From: Bellilinea caldifistulae
GTDB lineage: Bacteria > Chloroflexota > Anaerolineae > Anaerolineales > Anaerolineaceae
Assembly (NCBI RefSeq): GCF_001306055.1
Contig: NZ_LGHJ01000008.1
Coordinates: 30,001-62,000 of the forward strand
Direction: 5' to 3'
DNA: 32,000 bases
Shown: in pieces, positions 1-9,096 of the stretch
How positions within the stretch are numbered: the stretch's first letter is position 1
How the letters are laid out: the number at the start of each line of letters is the position of its first letter
Program-made: the position numbers and the translations under genes
Notes under the pieces: generated by a model
Seen by the model: only the letters and a program-made list of their open reading frames with translations
What the model was told of the DNA's origin: nothing
Databases searched by the model: none

Positions 1-431
1 GATTCTGAAATCGCAGCTCTTAATGCATCAATTTCCTGAGTGAGCAACAAGTCGAACAGAGTGACAAAATCGTGTCCTGTCTGTATGGACTCAATATCCG
101 AAGAAGTAATGACCAAGGGGCAGGGATAATAACAATTTCGATGTTTCGACAAAGTATTATTTGTATACAAATACCCAAATTGGATAATTGACCCATCAAA
201 TAGCATACAATGATAATGCCTATTTTCTATCAGGTTTCGATATTCAGTTATTGTCGCAAACCTTCCAACCAAAGCATCAAATAGTCTATCTGGAGCATTT
301 GCCCAGGTCAGGATTGAATCGTGACCAGAGTCCCGAATAATTGCCGAATTCCAATCAATAGCTAACCCCTCCTCTAAAAGAAAAGAAAGCAATTCGTTTA
401 TCTGTCTTACCAGTGCTCTAGCGGTCATCAT
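1..431 (-). CDS. Hypothetical protein, N-terminal 143 codons, runs off the left window edge. Not in the supplied ORF track.
   Basis: The reverse strand reads ATGATGACCGCTAGAGCACTG... from 431 or 428 and stays open to position 1 (MMTARALVRQINELLSFLLEEGLAIDWNSAIIRDSGHDS...). The start overlaps the helicase TAG stop (418-420) by 11-14 nt. It has the same AT-rich composition as the helicase gene. I recognise no family motif. Confidence 0.5.
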   Translation of the reverse strand, partial: MMTARALVRQINELLSFLLEEGLAIDWNSAIIRDSGHDSILTWANAPDRLFDALVGRFATITEYRNLIENRHYHCMLFDGSIIQFGYLYTNNTLSKHRNCYYPCPLVITSSDIESIQTGHDFVTLFDLLLTQEIDALRAAISE

Positions 432-2562
432 CCTCACCCGATCTCCCAAACAGCTCTTCCAATTGGGTTCGAAGTTCGCTAGGCAAATTTTCGATGGCAA
501 GATCTCCACTTGTAACTTGGGCAACAAAGTCCGCGAGGGTTTGCTGCATTTTCTGAACCTTCTCTCTTTCCTTGGGGGTCATGTCACGATGGATTTTTCG
601 TAATCTTTCGAGTTCTACGGGAGTAGGAACTCGAAATCTAAGTTGGTAATTATCCAAAACCACCTTATCTACTTCAGACTTCAGTCCTTCCATAGCTGTT
701 CCGCACCCAAACAACCTAACCCACGCCTTAGATCGAGTTATTGCAGTGAAAATAATATTGCGGCGCTTGCTTAACTCAAATCCTTCAAATGCATACTCGC
801 TGTTCAAAACATAAACCATTGGGGCTTCATTACCTTTAGCCCTATAGATTCCGGTGATTGCAACCGACTCATCCTTGAAAAGTTCATCACGACTGCTGGT
901 TACGCCTGCAAGATGAGTAGGGATATTTAATTGATTTAACTCTCTAAACAATATGGCAGCCTCCTCTTGGGCAGTTAAAGGATCAGAGAGGATAATTAGA
1001 ATATCTCGAAATTCCAATTCGTCTTCGGTCAGATTCTTTTTTATCTCACGTGCGACTGCTTTAGCTTGTGTAACTTTATCGGGAAACACCTGACAAAGTA
1101 TTGCATCATCTGAATCAAGTAATTGTTCGAAATAATCTGGATACGAATCCGAACGGCGTTTGAGAGCTACCTCTTGCCCTGGAGCAAGTGCACCAGATAC
1201 GACATGATACCCAACTTCTTCCCAGAGCCCCTGGGGATCATTGAAATATTGAACCAAACCTTGGTCGCGCTTTATGCCAAATCCAAGAGCATGAGCGATT
1301 GTTAATGCCCAGGGGGTGTTACGGTAACAAACGGGTAAAACAATATCCTGAGATGGCGATCCTTTCTCATTACGTAGCTCAGAGACTCGAGGCGAACCGC
1401 TAGAATCTTTTCCGAACAATTCGGAAGGTGGCACCATCGAATAACGACTGAGGTTTTGTAATTCGTCGTAAGCGTATACTATTCGTTTGGGTTCACGGGT
1501 CGCAAGATATGCCAACTCAAAGAAGGATTGTGGGAAATCCTGCGCTTCGTCTATAAGGACTACATCAAATATTGGCTGGAATTTCGCTTCACCGACTTCT
1601 TGTAGCAATTCTTGGCATACACCATCAAAAGCTGTAGGAGCGCCAAATGTACTTTTTGCATAATTGAAATCCTTGGGCAAAACGCCGTGAGCCATGGCAA
1701 CTTCGGAATAAAAGCCGGGCTGATTCGAACTACCCCAAGCATGAATGATGCGCAAATTTTCCCAGTTGGGTTCATCATTAATTTGATCGAAAGTGAAACG
1801 TCTGACAAGATCCTCAAATTGTTGATAGAGTGATCGGGTTTGAAAAGTAATCGCGATCTTCCATTCCGGTTTTAGTACATGAAGATAAGCTGCTTTCAAA
1901 GCCAAAACGATCGTCTTGCCTGAACCCGCTAGACCGCGAATTCTCTGCACCCCATCAGGCATTTCAACCGCGGCACTATTTTGCCATTTATCCAAATTAG
2001 CGATCTCTTTCTCTATCTCTTTTATGCGAGCACCACGAGAATCCGGCCTCTTGACAGAAGAGCGCTTACGTGAAGGCTTGATGGTTGTAACGCGCTCGAC
2101 CGCGGCATTTATTTTCTCGAGCAGATCGTGACTCACGGGTTGGAAGTCTCGGATAACATTTACCAAACTGTCCGGTCCTGTTAGTAACAAGCCATCCTCA
2201 CGAACTACTCCTCGCATTCCTGGGACAAGTGTTACTACGTTAATCTCAAAAGGGAGGCGTCGTCCCTCAACCAAGTTCTTGTATCGTTTGAGTTTAATTT
2301 CTAAAATTCTATATAGATCGTCTTGTCGTTGTCTCAGACGATTATCTTCGGCTGATCCTTGGGCGCGATCATCAAAATCAATTACAACCACACCACATTC
2401 CTGAGTGGTTAATAAAGCATCGATGAAAACTGTTTCTTCTACATCGGCTAGGATAGGATAGCCGATATAAAGAGTGCCATTCATCTCTACATCATTGAGT
2501 AACTCGATCAGCGTGTTTGCAGCTAAAGGATTACTCTTATGACCAACAACTAAATTCAACAT
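418..2562 (-). CDS. Superfamily 1 (UvrD/AAA_19-like) DNA helicase with a degenerate NERD/PD-(D/E)xK-like N-terminal domain
   Basis: 714 aa ORF. Walker A is GLAGSGKT, Walker B is VVLIDEAQDF, and CYRNT plus motif VI-like TAITRSKAW are present. N-terminal FIDALL...GVVVIDFDD resembles a NERD core but lacks ExK. SD GGAGGA lies 9 nt upstream of the ATG. The gene is AT-rich, unlike brxL. Confidence 0.8.
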   Translation of the reverse strand: MLNLVVGHKSNPLAANTLIELLNDVEMNGTLYIGYPILADVEETVFIDALLTTQECGVVVIDFDDRAQGSAEDNRLRQRQDDLYRILEIKLKRYKNLVEGRRLPFEINVVTLVPGMRGVVREDGLLLTGPDSLVNVIRDFQPVSHDLLEKINAAVERVTTIKPSRKRSSVKRPDSRGARIKEIEKEIANLDKWQNSAAVEMPDGVQRIRGLAGSGKTIVLALKAAYLHVLKPEWKIAITFQTRSLYQQFEDLVRRFTFDQINDEPNWENLRIIHAWGSSNQPGFYSEVAMAHGVLPKDFNYAKSTFGAPTAFDGVCQELLQEVGEAKFQPIFDVVLIDEAQDFPQSFFELAYLATREPKRIVYAYDELQNLSRYSMVPPSELFGKDSSGSPRVSELRNEKGSPSQDIVLPVCYRNTPWALTIAHALGFGIKRDQGLVQYFNDPQGLWEEVGYHVVSGALAPGQEVALKRRSDSYPDYFEQLLDSDDAILCQVFPDKVTQAKAVAREIKKNLTEDELEFRDILIILSDPLTAQEEAAILFRELNQLNIPTHLAGVTSSRDELFKDESVAITGIYRAKGNEAPMVYVLNSEYAFEGFELSKRRNIIFTAITRSKAWVRLFGCGTAMEGLKSEVDKVVLDNYQLRFRVPTPVELERLRKIHRDMTPKEREKVQKMQQTLADFVAQVTSGDLAIENLPSELRTQLEELFGRSGEDDDR

Positions 2563-2612
2563 GTTTAGTTATCCTCCAATTGACAGAAGTAGACATGATT
2601 CCAGTCACGCAT

Positions 2613-2640
2613 ATTCTAATCTAAAGATTGATAACTCCAA
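2613..2640 (-). promoter_or_regulatory. Candidate sigma70-type promoter for the helicase module
   Basis: On the minus strand, TTGGAG (2640-2635), a 16 nt spacer, then TAGAAT (2618-2613). It lies in the 78 nt AT-rich gap that begins exactly at the brxL stop. Confidence 0.3.
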
Positions 2641-4713
2641 TCACTCCAACCCCATCGCCCGGATGGCGGCGTTGATCGGGTCGGTATAGAAAGTCGCCTG
2701 CAGCTTGTTCAACACCTCATCCGGTACATCGGCCAGGTCGCGCTTATTTTCGCTCGGTATCAGCACATACTTGGCGCCGGAATCCAGCGCCAATTGCATC
2801 CGCTCGGTCAGGTTGGTTACTTTCAGCAGCAGTCCCTGAACGCTCATCTCGCCCAGCACCACCGTTTGCGCCCGGACAGGTTTGCCTAGCAAGGCTGAGA
2901 CCAACGATACGAAGAACGCCACCGCGGTTTCAGCGCCTTCCTTGGCTTGCTGCAGGTTAATCGCCTGCATGCTGAAATCGTAGCTTTTCAAATCGAGAGA
3001 GATACCCAATTTGTGGATGTTGGCTTTCAGATAAGCCTCGGCGGTCTTGATCCCTTCTTTCATGGCTTTCGATAGGTTGCCCAAGGGGATCATGCGCCCA
3101 GAGCCAGGATTGATCTGGGTTTGTAACAGGAACAAAGCCAACTTGCCGCTCTCGGCATCTCGACCAATGGTATAGACTGCTCCTGGAGCCAGGGTAATAG
3201 GTTCAATGATCAAACCGCCCCCCATCTCTGGCACTCTGACAAATTGCTCGTTGCCGGTTTCCAGGTCGCGATAGGAGAAATTCACGTCCCAGTACTCGAC
3301 GCCGGCGATTTTGCGCAATTGCTCCTTGACCCGCCGGCGCATTTCCATGGCAAAGATGAGGTATTCTTCGACCTCTTCTTTGGTAACCCGCCCATCCGGA
3401 TGGATCAGCTTAATCAAACCGGAAACTGTTTTCCGAACCGCTTTCTGGTCACGTCCGGTCAGATGGGAGCCAAATTGGAAGTACCTTTCGGGCACATCGG
3501 TGTAGCTGTCCTTGCGCAATGCCCGCATCACTTCAGCCAGATAATCCGAAACAAACCCGAAATGGTTGGTGTAGAACTCATCGCGCGTCTTTTGCAGTTC
3601 CCAACCAGGCAGGTAAAAGTGCAGGCGGTCGAAGAAGGCTGCGTCCATCTCCTTTGGCATGGGATAGAAAAGGTGCGAGGTTTTTACAATTGTTTCGATA
3701 TCGCCATCCAGATTGCCCAGGAAAACAATTGACCCTTCGGCGGTGATGATTTCGGAGCCGCGCGAGAAGTTGCCATCTTCCATGAACCCCTTCATGATGT
3801 TGATGCCATTTTTATCTTTGAAGCTGACCCCAGCCGCCTCATCAAAAGCCACAGTGTCCCACAAAGCGACCAAACCCTTGGCGCCCGTCGCCAGGTTGAC
3901 AAACATCTGAGCCACGGTTGTTTGCCCACCAGAAACAAGATGGCAGTACGGGCTGACTTGCTGATAAACAAAACTCTTACCCGTTCCCCGGGGGCCCAAC
4001 TCCACCATATTGAAGTTCTTTTCAACCAGTGGAATCAAACGGGAGAGATAGAGCAGCTTGACCCGATGGGTGAAATAGGGGTGGGTGGGCTCCAAACCCA
4101 GGCTGCGTAAGATAAAGTTGATCCATTCATCCCGGCTGAACTGCGCACGCGCAGCCCGGAAGCGGTCGAGTGAAAGGTTTGACACCTGGATCGGTTTCAA
4201 GTTTTCGATGACAAATGGGCGGTTTTGTCCCCGAAAGATGTAGGACTCGTCATATCCTAGACTCACCTCCGCCCAAATCCCACCTTGAACCAGGCGCTCG
4301 TGTTTGCGCAGATAGGCTTCGTCGATGTTTACAAAATCGAGGTTAATGTTAGCCAGCTCAGCCCAATACTTATCATGCGTCTCGACCAGGCGTACTTTCA
4401 CCTTATCAATGATTTCATAAACGCCATGCTGCTTGATGCGCGACTTTACCATTTCCCGCTCGCTGGGTTTGACGTACTTCGTCCGCAGCGTTTCACGCAC
4501 GTACTGCAAGCCTTCTTCGATGATCTCCGGGTCGGTTGTAGCGCAGTACTTGCCCAAGAGAAACTCGATCACAAACATCGGCACGCTAAACGCAGATCTC
4601 ACCCGGCGGAGCAGGTCTTTCCGCACCACCAAACCCGGAAACGCCTCTGTGGCTCGCTGATCGATTTCATCCAAGACCAAGGTTTCTAAACTGTTCATAA
4701 GCTCATCCTTCAC
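2641..4713 (-). CDS. brxL: BREX Lon-like protease/ATPase BrxL
   Basis: 690 aa. N-terminal FPGLVVRKDLLRRV, P-loop GPRGTGKS and a C-terminal Lon-protease-like region. It is the last gene after pglZ. The GTG at 4713 is the track start. The ATG at 4698, preceded by AAGGA, is an alternative. Confidence 0.9.
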   Translation of the reverse strand: MKDELMNSLETLVLDEIDQRATEAFPGLVVRKDLLRRVRSAFSVPMFVIEFLLGKYCATTDPEIIEEGLQYVRETLRTKYVKPSEREMVKSRIKQHGVYEIIDKVKVRLVETHDKYWAELANINLDFVNIDEAYLRKHERLVQGGIWAEVSLGYDESYIFRGQNRPFVIENLKPIQVSNLSLDRFRAARAQFSRDEWINFILRSLGLEPTHPYFTHRVKLLYLSRLIPLVEKNFNMVELGPRGTGKSFVYQQVSPYCHLVSGGQTTVAQMFVNLATGAKGLVALWDTVAFDEAAGVSFKDKNGINIMKGFMEDGNFSRGSEIITAEGSIVFLGNLDGDIETIVKTSHLFYPMPKEMDAAFFDRLHFYLPGWELQKTRDEFYTNHFGFVSDYLAEVMRALRKDSYTDVPERYFQFGSHLTGRDQKAVRKTVSGLIKLIHPDGRVTKEEVEEYLIFAMEMRRRVKEQLRKIAGVEYWDVNFSYRDLETGNEQFVRVPEMGGGLIIEPITLAPGAVYTIGRDAESGKLALFLLQTQINPGSGRMIPLGNLSKAMKEGIKTAEAYLKANIHKLGISLDLKSYDFSMQAINLQQAKEGAETAVAFFVSLVSALLGKPVRAQTVVLGEMSVQGLLLKVTNLTERMQLALDSGAKYVLIPSENKRDLADVPDEVLNKLQATFYTDPINAAIRAMGLE

Positions 4714-4716
4714 TGC

Positions 4717-7269
4717 CTAGCTCAGATCGCGCCCTGCCCGGATGGACATCCCATGGGCAAAATTATAGTGGGTGTCCTGATCCAACACCTGAAGTGGGAT
4801 TTGGGTTCCAGCCGCGATGATCGGCTCTCGATTCAAGAAGAGGGTAACGCTGATAGGCTCTGCGCTGCCGGGTTTGATCTCTATCGTTTTCTCATTGGAG
4901 CGCGGCGCCTCCGGCTCTCCGAGGAATACGCGCAACTTCAATCCCTCAACCTGGGTGTCGAACAGGTCTTTCGGCGCTGGCGTCTCCGGCGTTAATTCGA
5001 CTTTAACCGCCAGCGTAAAGATCTCGGTCTTGGGCAATTCCACCGTGACGCTCATCCGGCGCGGGACGGTCATCGAGACGAATTTCAAGTGGGGAATGAC
5101 CACTTCTTGAAGCGTGGCGCCGCCGTGAAAGAAACGCCCTGGCTCTGCAAAGCTGCGCAAGCCGGGAGGTAAGGCTACCTGCCAGTTTGGGTCCAACGGA
5201 AAGGGCACACTGGCAACCGGCAGTTTTTGACCCGCGTCGGTGATGCCCCAACGAGCAGCGCTCAACACCAACTGGCTCTTGTTCAGCTCGAGCGGCTGGA
5301 TGTTGGCGTTGGCGTTGAGCAAGACAAAGCCATGATCGGTCACCACATGGATCTCAGAATAACCCCAGCTTTTTAGCTTGCGGATTGCCCTGCCGAGGGT
5401 TGCGATCAGTTCTTCGAAATGCAGGATGACCTCATAGTTCGCCCCGTGACCCAGCTCATCCACGCCCCGATCGAACAACACCAGCATTTGGGGCAAAGAA
5501 GCAGGCTTTTCGGCGAGCTCCTGAAGATGATGGATCTCATCCTTCCGATTGCCCTTGCTGTCCACACCCAGATGGCTCGCTCCCGCAGCCTCAAGCAGCT
5601 TCCAACGATAAGCGCGGTAGCTCAAATCCCCACCGGCAGCCGGGGATGCCAAGACCGGTTTGCCCCCTTTGATCTCTAAATGAACGTCTGGAGTGGGCAG
5701 CAGGCTGGTCATCCCCACCCAGGTCTCGGAGGGCACATTCGCCAGGTAACCGCTCAGCTCGCCTTCCACCAAACTGGCGCGCAAGGCAGCCGCCAGATCG
5801 AAGCGCAAGGCGTCCACTACCAGGATCGCCTTGCGCGCCGCGCTGCTGGAAAAGAGCTCTGAAGCTAGTTCGGAGACCGATAGGCAGCCGCTGGGCGGCC
5901 ATTGAGCGGCATCGCGAAAGGCAGTGTAAAATGCCTGTCCGACGGCGTCCAGATATTTGGTATAAAAGTGATCGGCTGCCGCTGCCAGAAGCTCCATCTC
6001 ATCCGCCCGGAGCGCCGCAGCCATCAGCCGCCAGTGAGCCAGGTCGATCTGGTGCCAGTCCTTTATGTACGCCTCAACCAGATCGGAGGGCGTGAGCGAA
6101 GGATTGAGCACCCCGAGCACTTTGTCCACTCGCTCGACAAGATGGATCAACTCGAGCGCCAGCCCCCAGCCCAGGAGATCGCCCGTCCCCGATGCCCAGA
6201 AGCCCTTGACCTCTTCTTCGGCAATCCCCCGCTTTTCAATCAGGTAGCTGCGCAGTTCGCTTTCGCTTTGGGCAACCTGTTTCAATCCTTGAAGGTATTT
6301 CTTCCAACGTTCCGCCGCCAGCGAGTACAAGGCGTGCGGAGTCCCCGCTTTGCCTTCAGCCCAGGCGCGCAGATCGACCTTGGCATCCATTTTAAATTCC
6401 CAGCGCCGGTAAGTCTCCAGATGATCCCGGTCGCGTTGCCAGTGAGCCAGGAGCTTGCGCGCCGCGGCGCGGTGCTTCGGCTTTGGCAGTTCGGCAGATA
6501 AAGGATAATCCGCCGGGCTTCCGGTGGCTTCGTAGATCTCCTGGGCAATCAGCGACCTGACAAAAGCGGCTGCCCAGCCTTCCGGATCGTCCGGCAGGGA
6601 GGCGGTTTCGCCATATTGGGCAGCGACCTGGGAGCAAAACTCATCGGCGATGCCCTGTTGCTGGAGCATTTCCCATTCGTGCGCTGGATCAGCCAGGAAG
6701 CGCAGCAGGCGTTCCATTATATCCCCAACGATGCTCTCCTCGATCGCCGCGGCGGTCAGCACTTTCGACTTCCAAAAGGCTTCATCGCGGTCCAAATTGG
6801 TGCGCACATATTTCGCCAGCAGCGATTCGCCTCCGCCGCGCCAGAGGGCGTCCTGAGCGGCGCGGCTGCTGGGCAATGGCACGCCGTGTTTGCGCAAAAA
6901 AGCGAACAAGGTCGGTTGCCGCCCGTCGATCAGCCAGGTCAATCCCGAAAAGTGATATTCCATGAGCGGGTCGAGCGGCTCGATCTCCCACAAGGCGCTG
7001 GTCAAATCGCCGCGGTCGAATGGCAGCCAGAGAATCGCCTTCTTCCCTTGCGCAGGACCCGCCTCAAGCGCCCATTTCAGCCACAGCGCGCCGTGGTGAA
7101 GCTCCGGCTGATAAGCCAACAAGCAAACCCCTTGTTCAGCCAGTGATTTTTCGACCGCCGGCAAAAGGTGAGAAAACTCGGCGTTCCCGTCGAACCACAA
7201 TGCCACAGACGCCCGCGCATCGCGGGTAAACAGCTCGATGAAATCAGCAGTGATCCACTTCAAGATCAC
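4717..7269 (-). CDS. pglZ: BREX alkaline-phosphatase-superfamily protein PglZ
   Basis: 850 aa with the PglZ-type HVVTDHGF motif. The GTG start overlaps the upstream stop as GTGA. Its position between pglX and brxL is canonical. Confidence 0.92.
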   Translation of the reverse strand: MILKWITADFIELFTRDARASVALWFDGNAEFSHLLPAVEKSLAEQGVCLLAYQPELHHGALWLKWALEAGPAQGKKAILWLPFDRGDLTSALWEIEPLDPLMEYHFSGLTWLIDGRQPTLFAFLRKHGVPLPSSRAAQDALWRGGGESLLAKYVRTNLDRDEAFWKSKVLTAAAIEESIVGDIMERLLRFLADPAHEWEMLQQQGIADEFCSQVAAQYGETASLPDDPEGWAAAFVRSLIAQEIYEATGSPADYPLSAELPKPKHRAAARKLLAHWQRDRDHLETYRRWEFKMDAKVDLRAWAEGKAGTPHALYSLAAERWKKYLQGLKQVAQSESELRSYLIEKRGIAEEEVKGFWASGTGDLLGWGLALELIHLVERVDKVLGVLNPSLTPSDLVEAYIKDWHQIDLAHWRLMAAALRADEMELLAAAADHFYTKYLDAVGQAFYTAFRDAAQWPPSGCLSVSELASELFSSSAARKAILVVDALRFDLAAALRASLVEGELSGYLANVPSETWVGMTSLLPTPDVHLEIKGGKPVLASPAAGGDLSYRAYRWKLLEAAGASHLGVDSKGNRKDEIHHLQELAEKPASLPQMLVLFDRGVDELGHGANYEVILHFEELIATLGRAIRKLKSWGYSEIHVVTDHGFVLLNANANIQPLELNKSQLVLSAARWGITDAGQKLPVASVPFPLDPNWQVALPPGLRSFAEPGRFFHGGATLQEVVIPHLKFVSMTVPRRMSVTVELPKTEIFTLAVKVELTPETPAPKDLFDTQVEGLKLRVFLGEPEAPRSNEKTIEIKPGSAEPISVTLFLNREPIIAAGTQIPLQVLDQDTHYNFAHGMSIRAGRDLS

Positions 7270-9047
7270 GCCATGCCTCCCGGGGATTTCTCCACACCGG
7301 TCACCCTGCGGATTTCGGCGATGATCGCCGCTTCCCGGATCGAGAGGAACTTCTCATACACCTTTCGCAATTCAGCGTGTCCCAAGTCTTCCGTCGCTGC
7401 GCGCATTATTTCCAAGGCATCTGGACCGATGAAATGCGGCTGCAACAGTTCAGATTTCGCTCCGGCGGGGAAGATGTCCTCGCTCTGCAAGTATTCCGCC
7501 GGCGACTTGGCTTTGATCTTGTTGTTGGTCTCATCGCTGATCAGGGTGCGATTCACGATGGTGTTGATCTCCACCCGTTTCGTAAAGCCACGCTGTTGTA
7601 GATACCCGCGTGGGAAGATGTGGTGATCCTGCAAATCCTGGAGCTGGATGCTTTCGCCCCTGCGCCAGTCCCTGGCATTGCGCAACGCCAGCAGGCAAAA
7701 GACACCGCTGTAGACGGCGCTGCCGGTGGTCGCCGAATCGCGAATGGTATAGCTCGGGGAACCAATCAGAGCTTTGGCTTCGGTGAAAACGGATGGCTCC
7801 GGGCTGCCCTTTTGCCAGTATTCCAGCATTTCGATGTAATCTTTGCGCGACTTGCTCTCCACCGCGCTGGAGTAGCGCTCCATGAACACATTGCACCAAT
7901 ACCAGCGGCGCAAATCGGCGCGCGCCGCTTCCCCCAGCTTCTTCTCCTCGATGGTGGCGCGCAAGGCAGCCAGGGTGGGCAGCAAGCCAGAGCCAGGCAG
8001 CCACTTCGGATCGAAAGCGCCAAAACCATCCGGCGCAACGAGGGTGACCAATTCCAAAGCCTTTTCCATCGCCTGGGCTGCCCGGCGCCAATCTTTTTCA
8101 AAGTTTTCTGGGTCCAGATCGATCAGCTCTCGAGGAGTTGGTTTTACGTCTCTCAGCAGCGCCAGCGTGCGCAGCAATAAGACGCCAAAGTTGTTCTTTT
8201 CCGCCTTCCCCTCAGACCAGGCTGCCAGGCGCGGGTGCGCCTTACAGGCTCTCTCCCACAGGTTGTGCAGTTTGATGCCATGCCGATACAGCCGGGCGGT
8301 GAGCAGATCGTAGACCGAGAGCGCCACCCCGGTCGAATTGAGCTTTTCGAAAATGGCGCACACCCGACCGATGGCTTCGGAGTCAGAGTCTTCTACGCGG
8401 GGCAATTCCACCAGGGGAACCTGGTAGTTCTGGAAGGCGGTCACCAGATCCGTCCACGGATCGCGCCACTTGTCGCGGAAGTTCTGGTGGTCCGCTGGGC
8501 TGTTCTCGCGCAACCAGTCGTCCAAGCCATCGCGCCATTTGAGAAAATCCCGCGAGTTGAGCAAGCGCGTGCAGGGCAGGACGAGCTTCTGATACTGGGT
8601 CTGCTCGGTGAGCAAATCGGCCAGCTCGTCCTCGGCTCGGTCAAAGACGATTTCATCGTCATAGACATCTTCCAGAAGGAGTTTCAAGTCCAGAAAGAAC
8701 CATCTTCTGCGGCTGGAGTCTTTCAAGCCCAGGTTGGGCGCTGTCAGGGCGTAGAGCAAGGCGGTGATCCGTTGTTGCCCGTCCAGCACCAGCGATTCGG
8801 GCCTTGGTTGGTGGTATTGCGGCTTTGCGCCGCGAAAAAAGCGCGGCGCAAAAGGCGGGTTGTTCGGGTCGCAGCGCAGCAGAAGCAACGATCCGATGTA
8901 GTAACGCCGCACGATGGAGCGCAGCAAATCCGCCACCTCCTCGCGGCTCCAGACAAACTCGCGCTGGAACTCGGGGAGGCACACCGCCCCTTTGTGGGCT
9001 TGCTCGATGATGTTCACCAGATTGCGCTTATCGGGAAAAAGCTCCAC
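7266..9047 (-). CDS. brxU: DUF262 + DUF1524 (GmrSD family) type IV restriction enzyme, BrxU-like
   Basis: 593 aa. N-terminal DUF262 motifs QREFVW and DGQQRITAL. C-terminal His-Me finger-like DHHIFP...NRTLISDETNNKI. It has its own SD, AGGAGGAG, 4 nt before the GTG. Its stop overlaps the pglZ start by 4 nt. Confidence 0.85.
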   Translation of the reverse strand: MELFPDKRNLVNIIEQAHKGAVCLPEFQREFVWSREEVADLLRSIVRRYYIGSLLLLRCDPNNPPFAPRFFRGAKPQYHQPRPESLVLDGQQRITALLYALTAPNLGLKDSSRRRWFFLDLKLLLEDVYDDEIVFDRAEDELADLLTEQTQYQKLVLPCTRLLNSRDFLKWRDGLDDWLRENSPADHQNFRDKWRDPWTDLVTAFQNYQVPLVELPRVEDSDSEAIGRVCAIFEKLNSTGVALSVYDLLTARLYRHGIKLHNLWERACKAHPRLAAWSEGKAEKNNFGVLLLRTLALLRDVKPTPRELIDLDPENFEKDWRRAAQAMEKALELVTLVAPDGFGAFDPKWLPGSGLLPTLAALRATIEEKKLGEAARADLRRWYWCNVFMERYSSAVESKSRKDYIEMLEYWQKGSPEPSVFTEAKALIGSPSYTIRDSATTGSAVYSGVFCLLALRNARDWRRGESIQLQDLQDHHIFPRGYLQQRGFTKRVEINTIVNRTLISDETNNKIKAKSPAEYLQSEDIFPAGAKSELLQPHFIGPDALEIMRAATEDLGHAELRKVYEKFLSIREAAIIAEIRRVTGVEKSPGGMA

Positions 9048-9096
9048 AGACTCCTCCTACGAGATGAAATCAATCATTTCAGCCAACTTCATTCTC

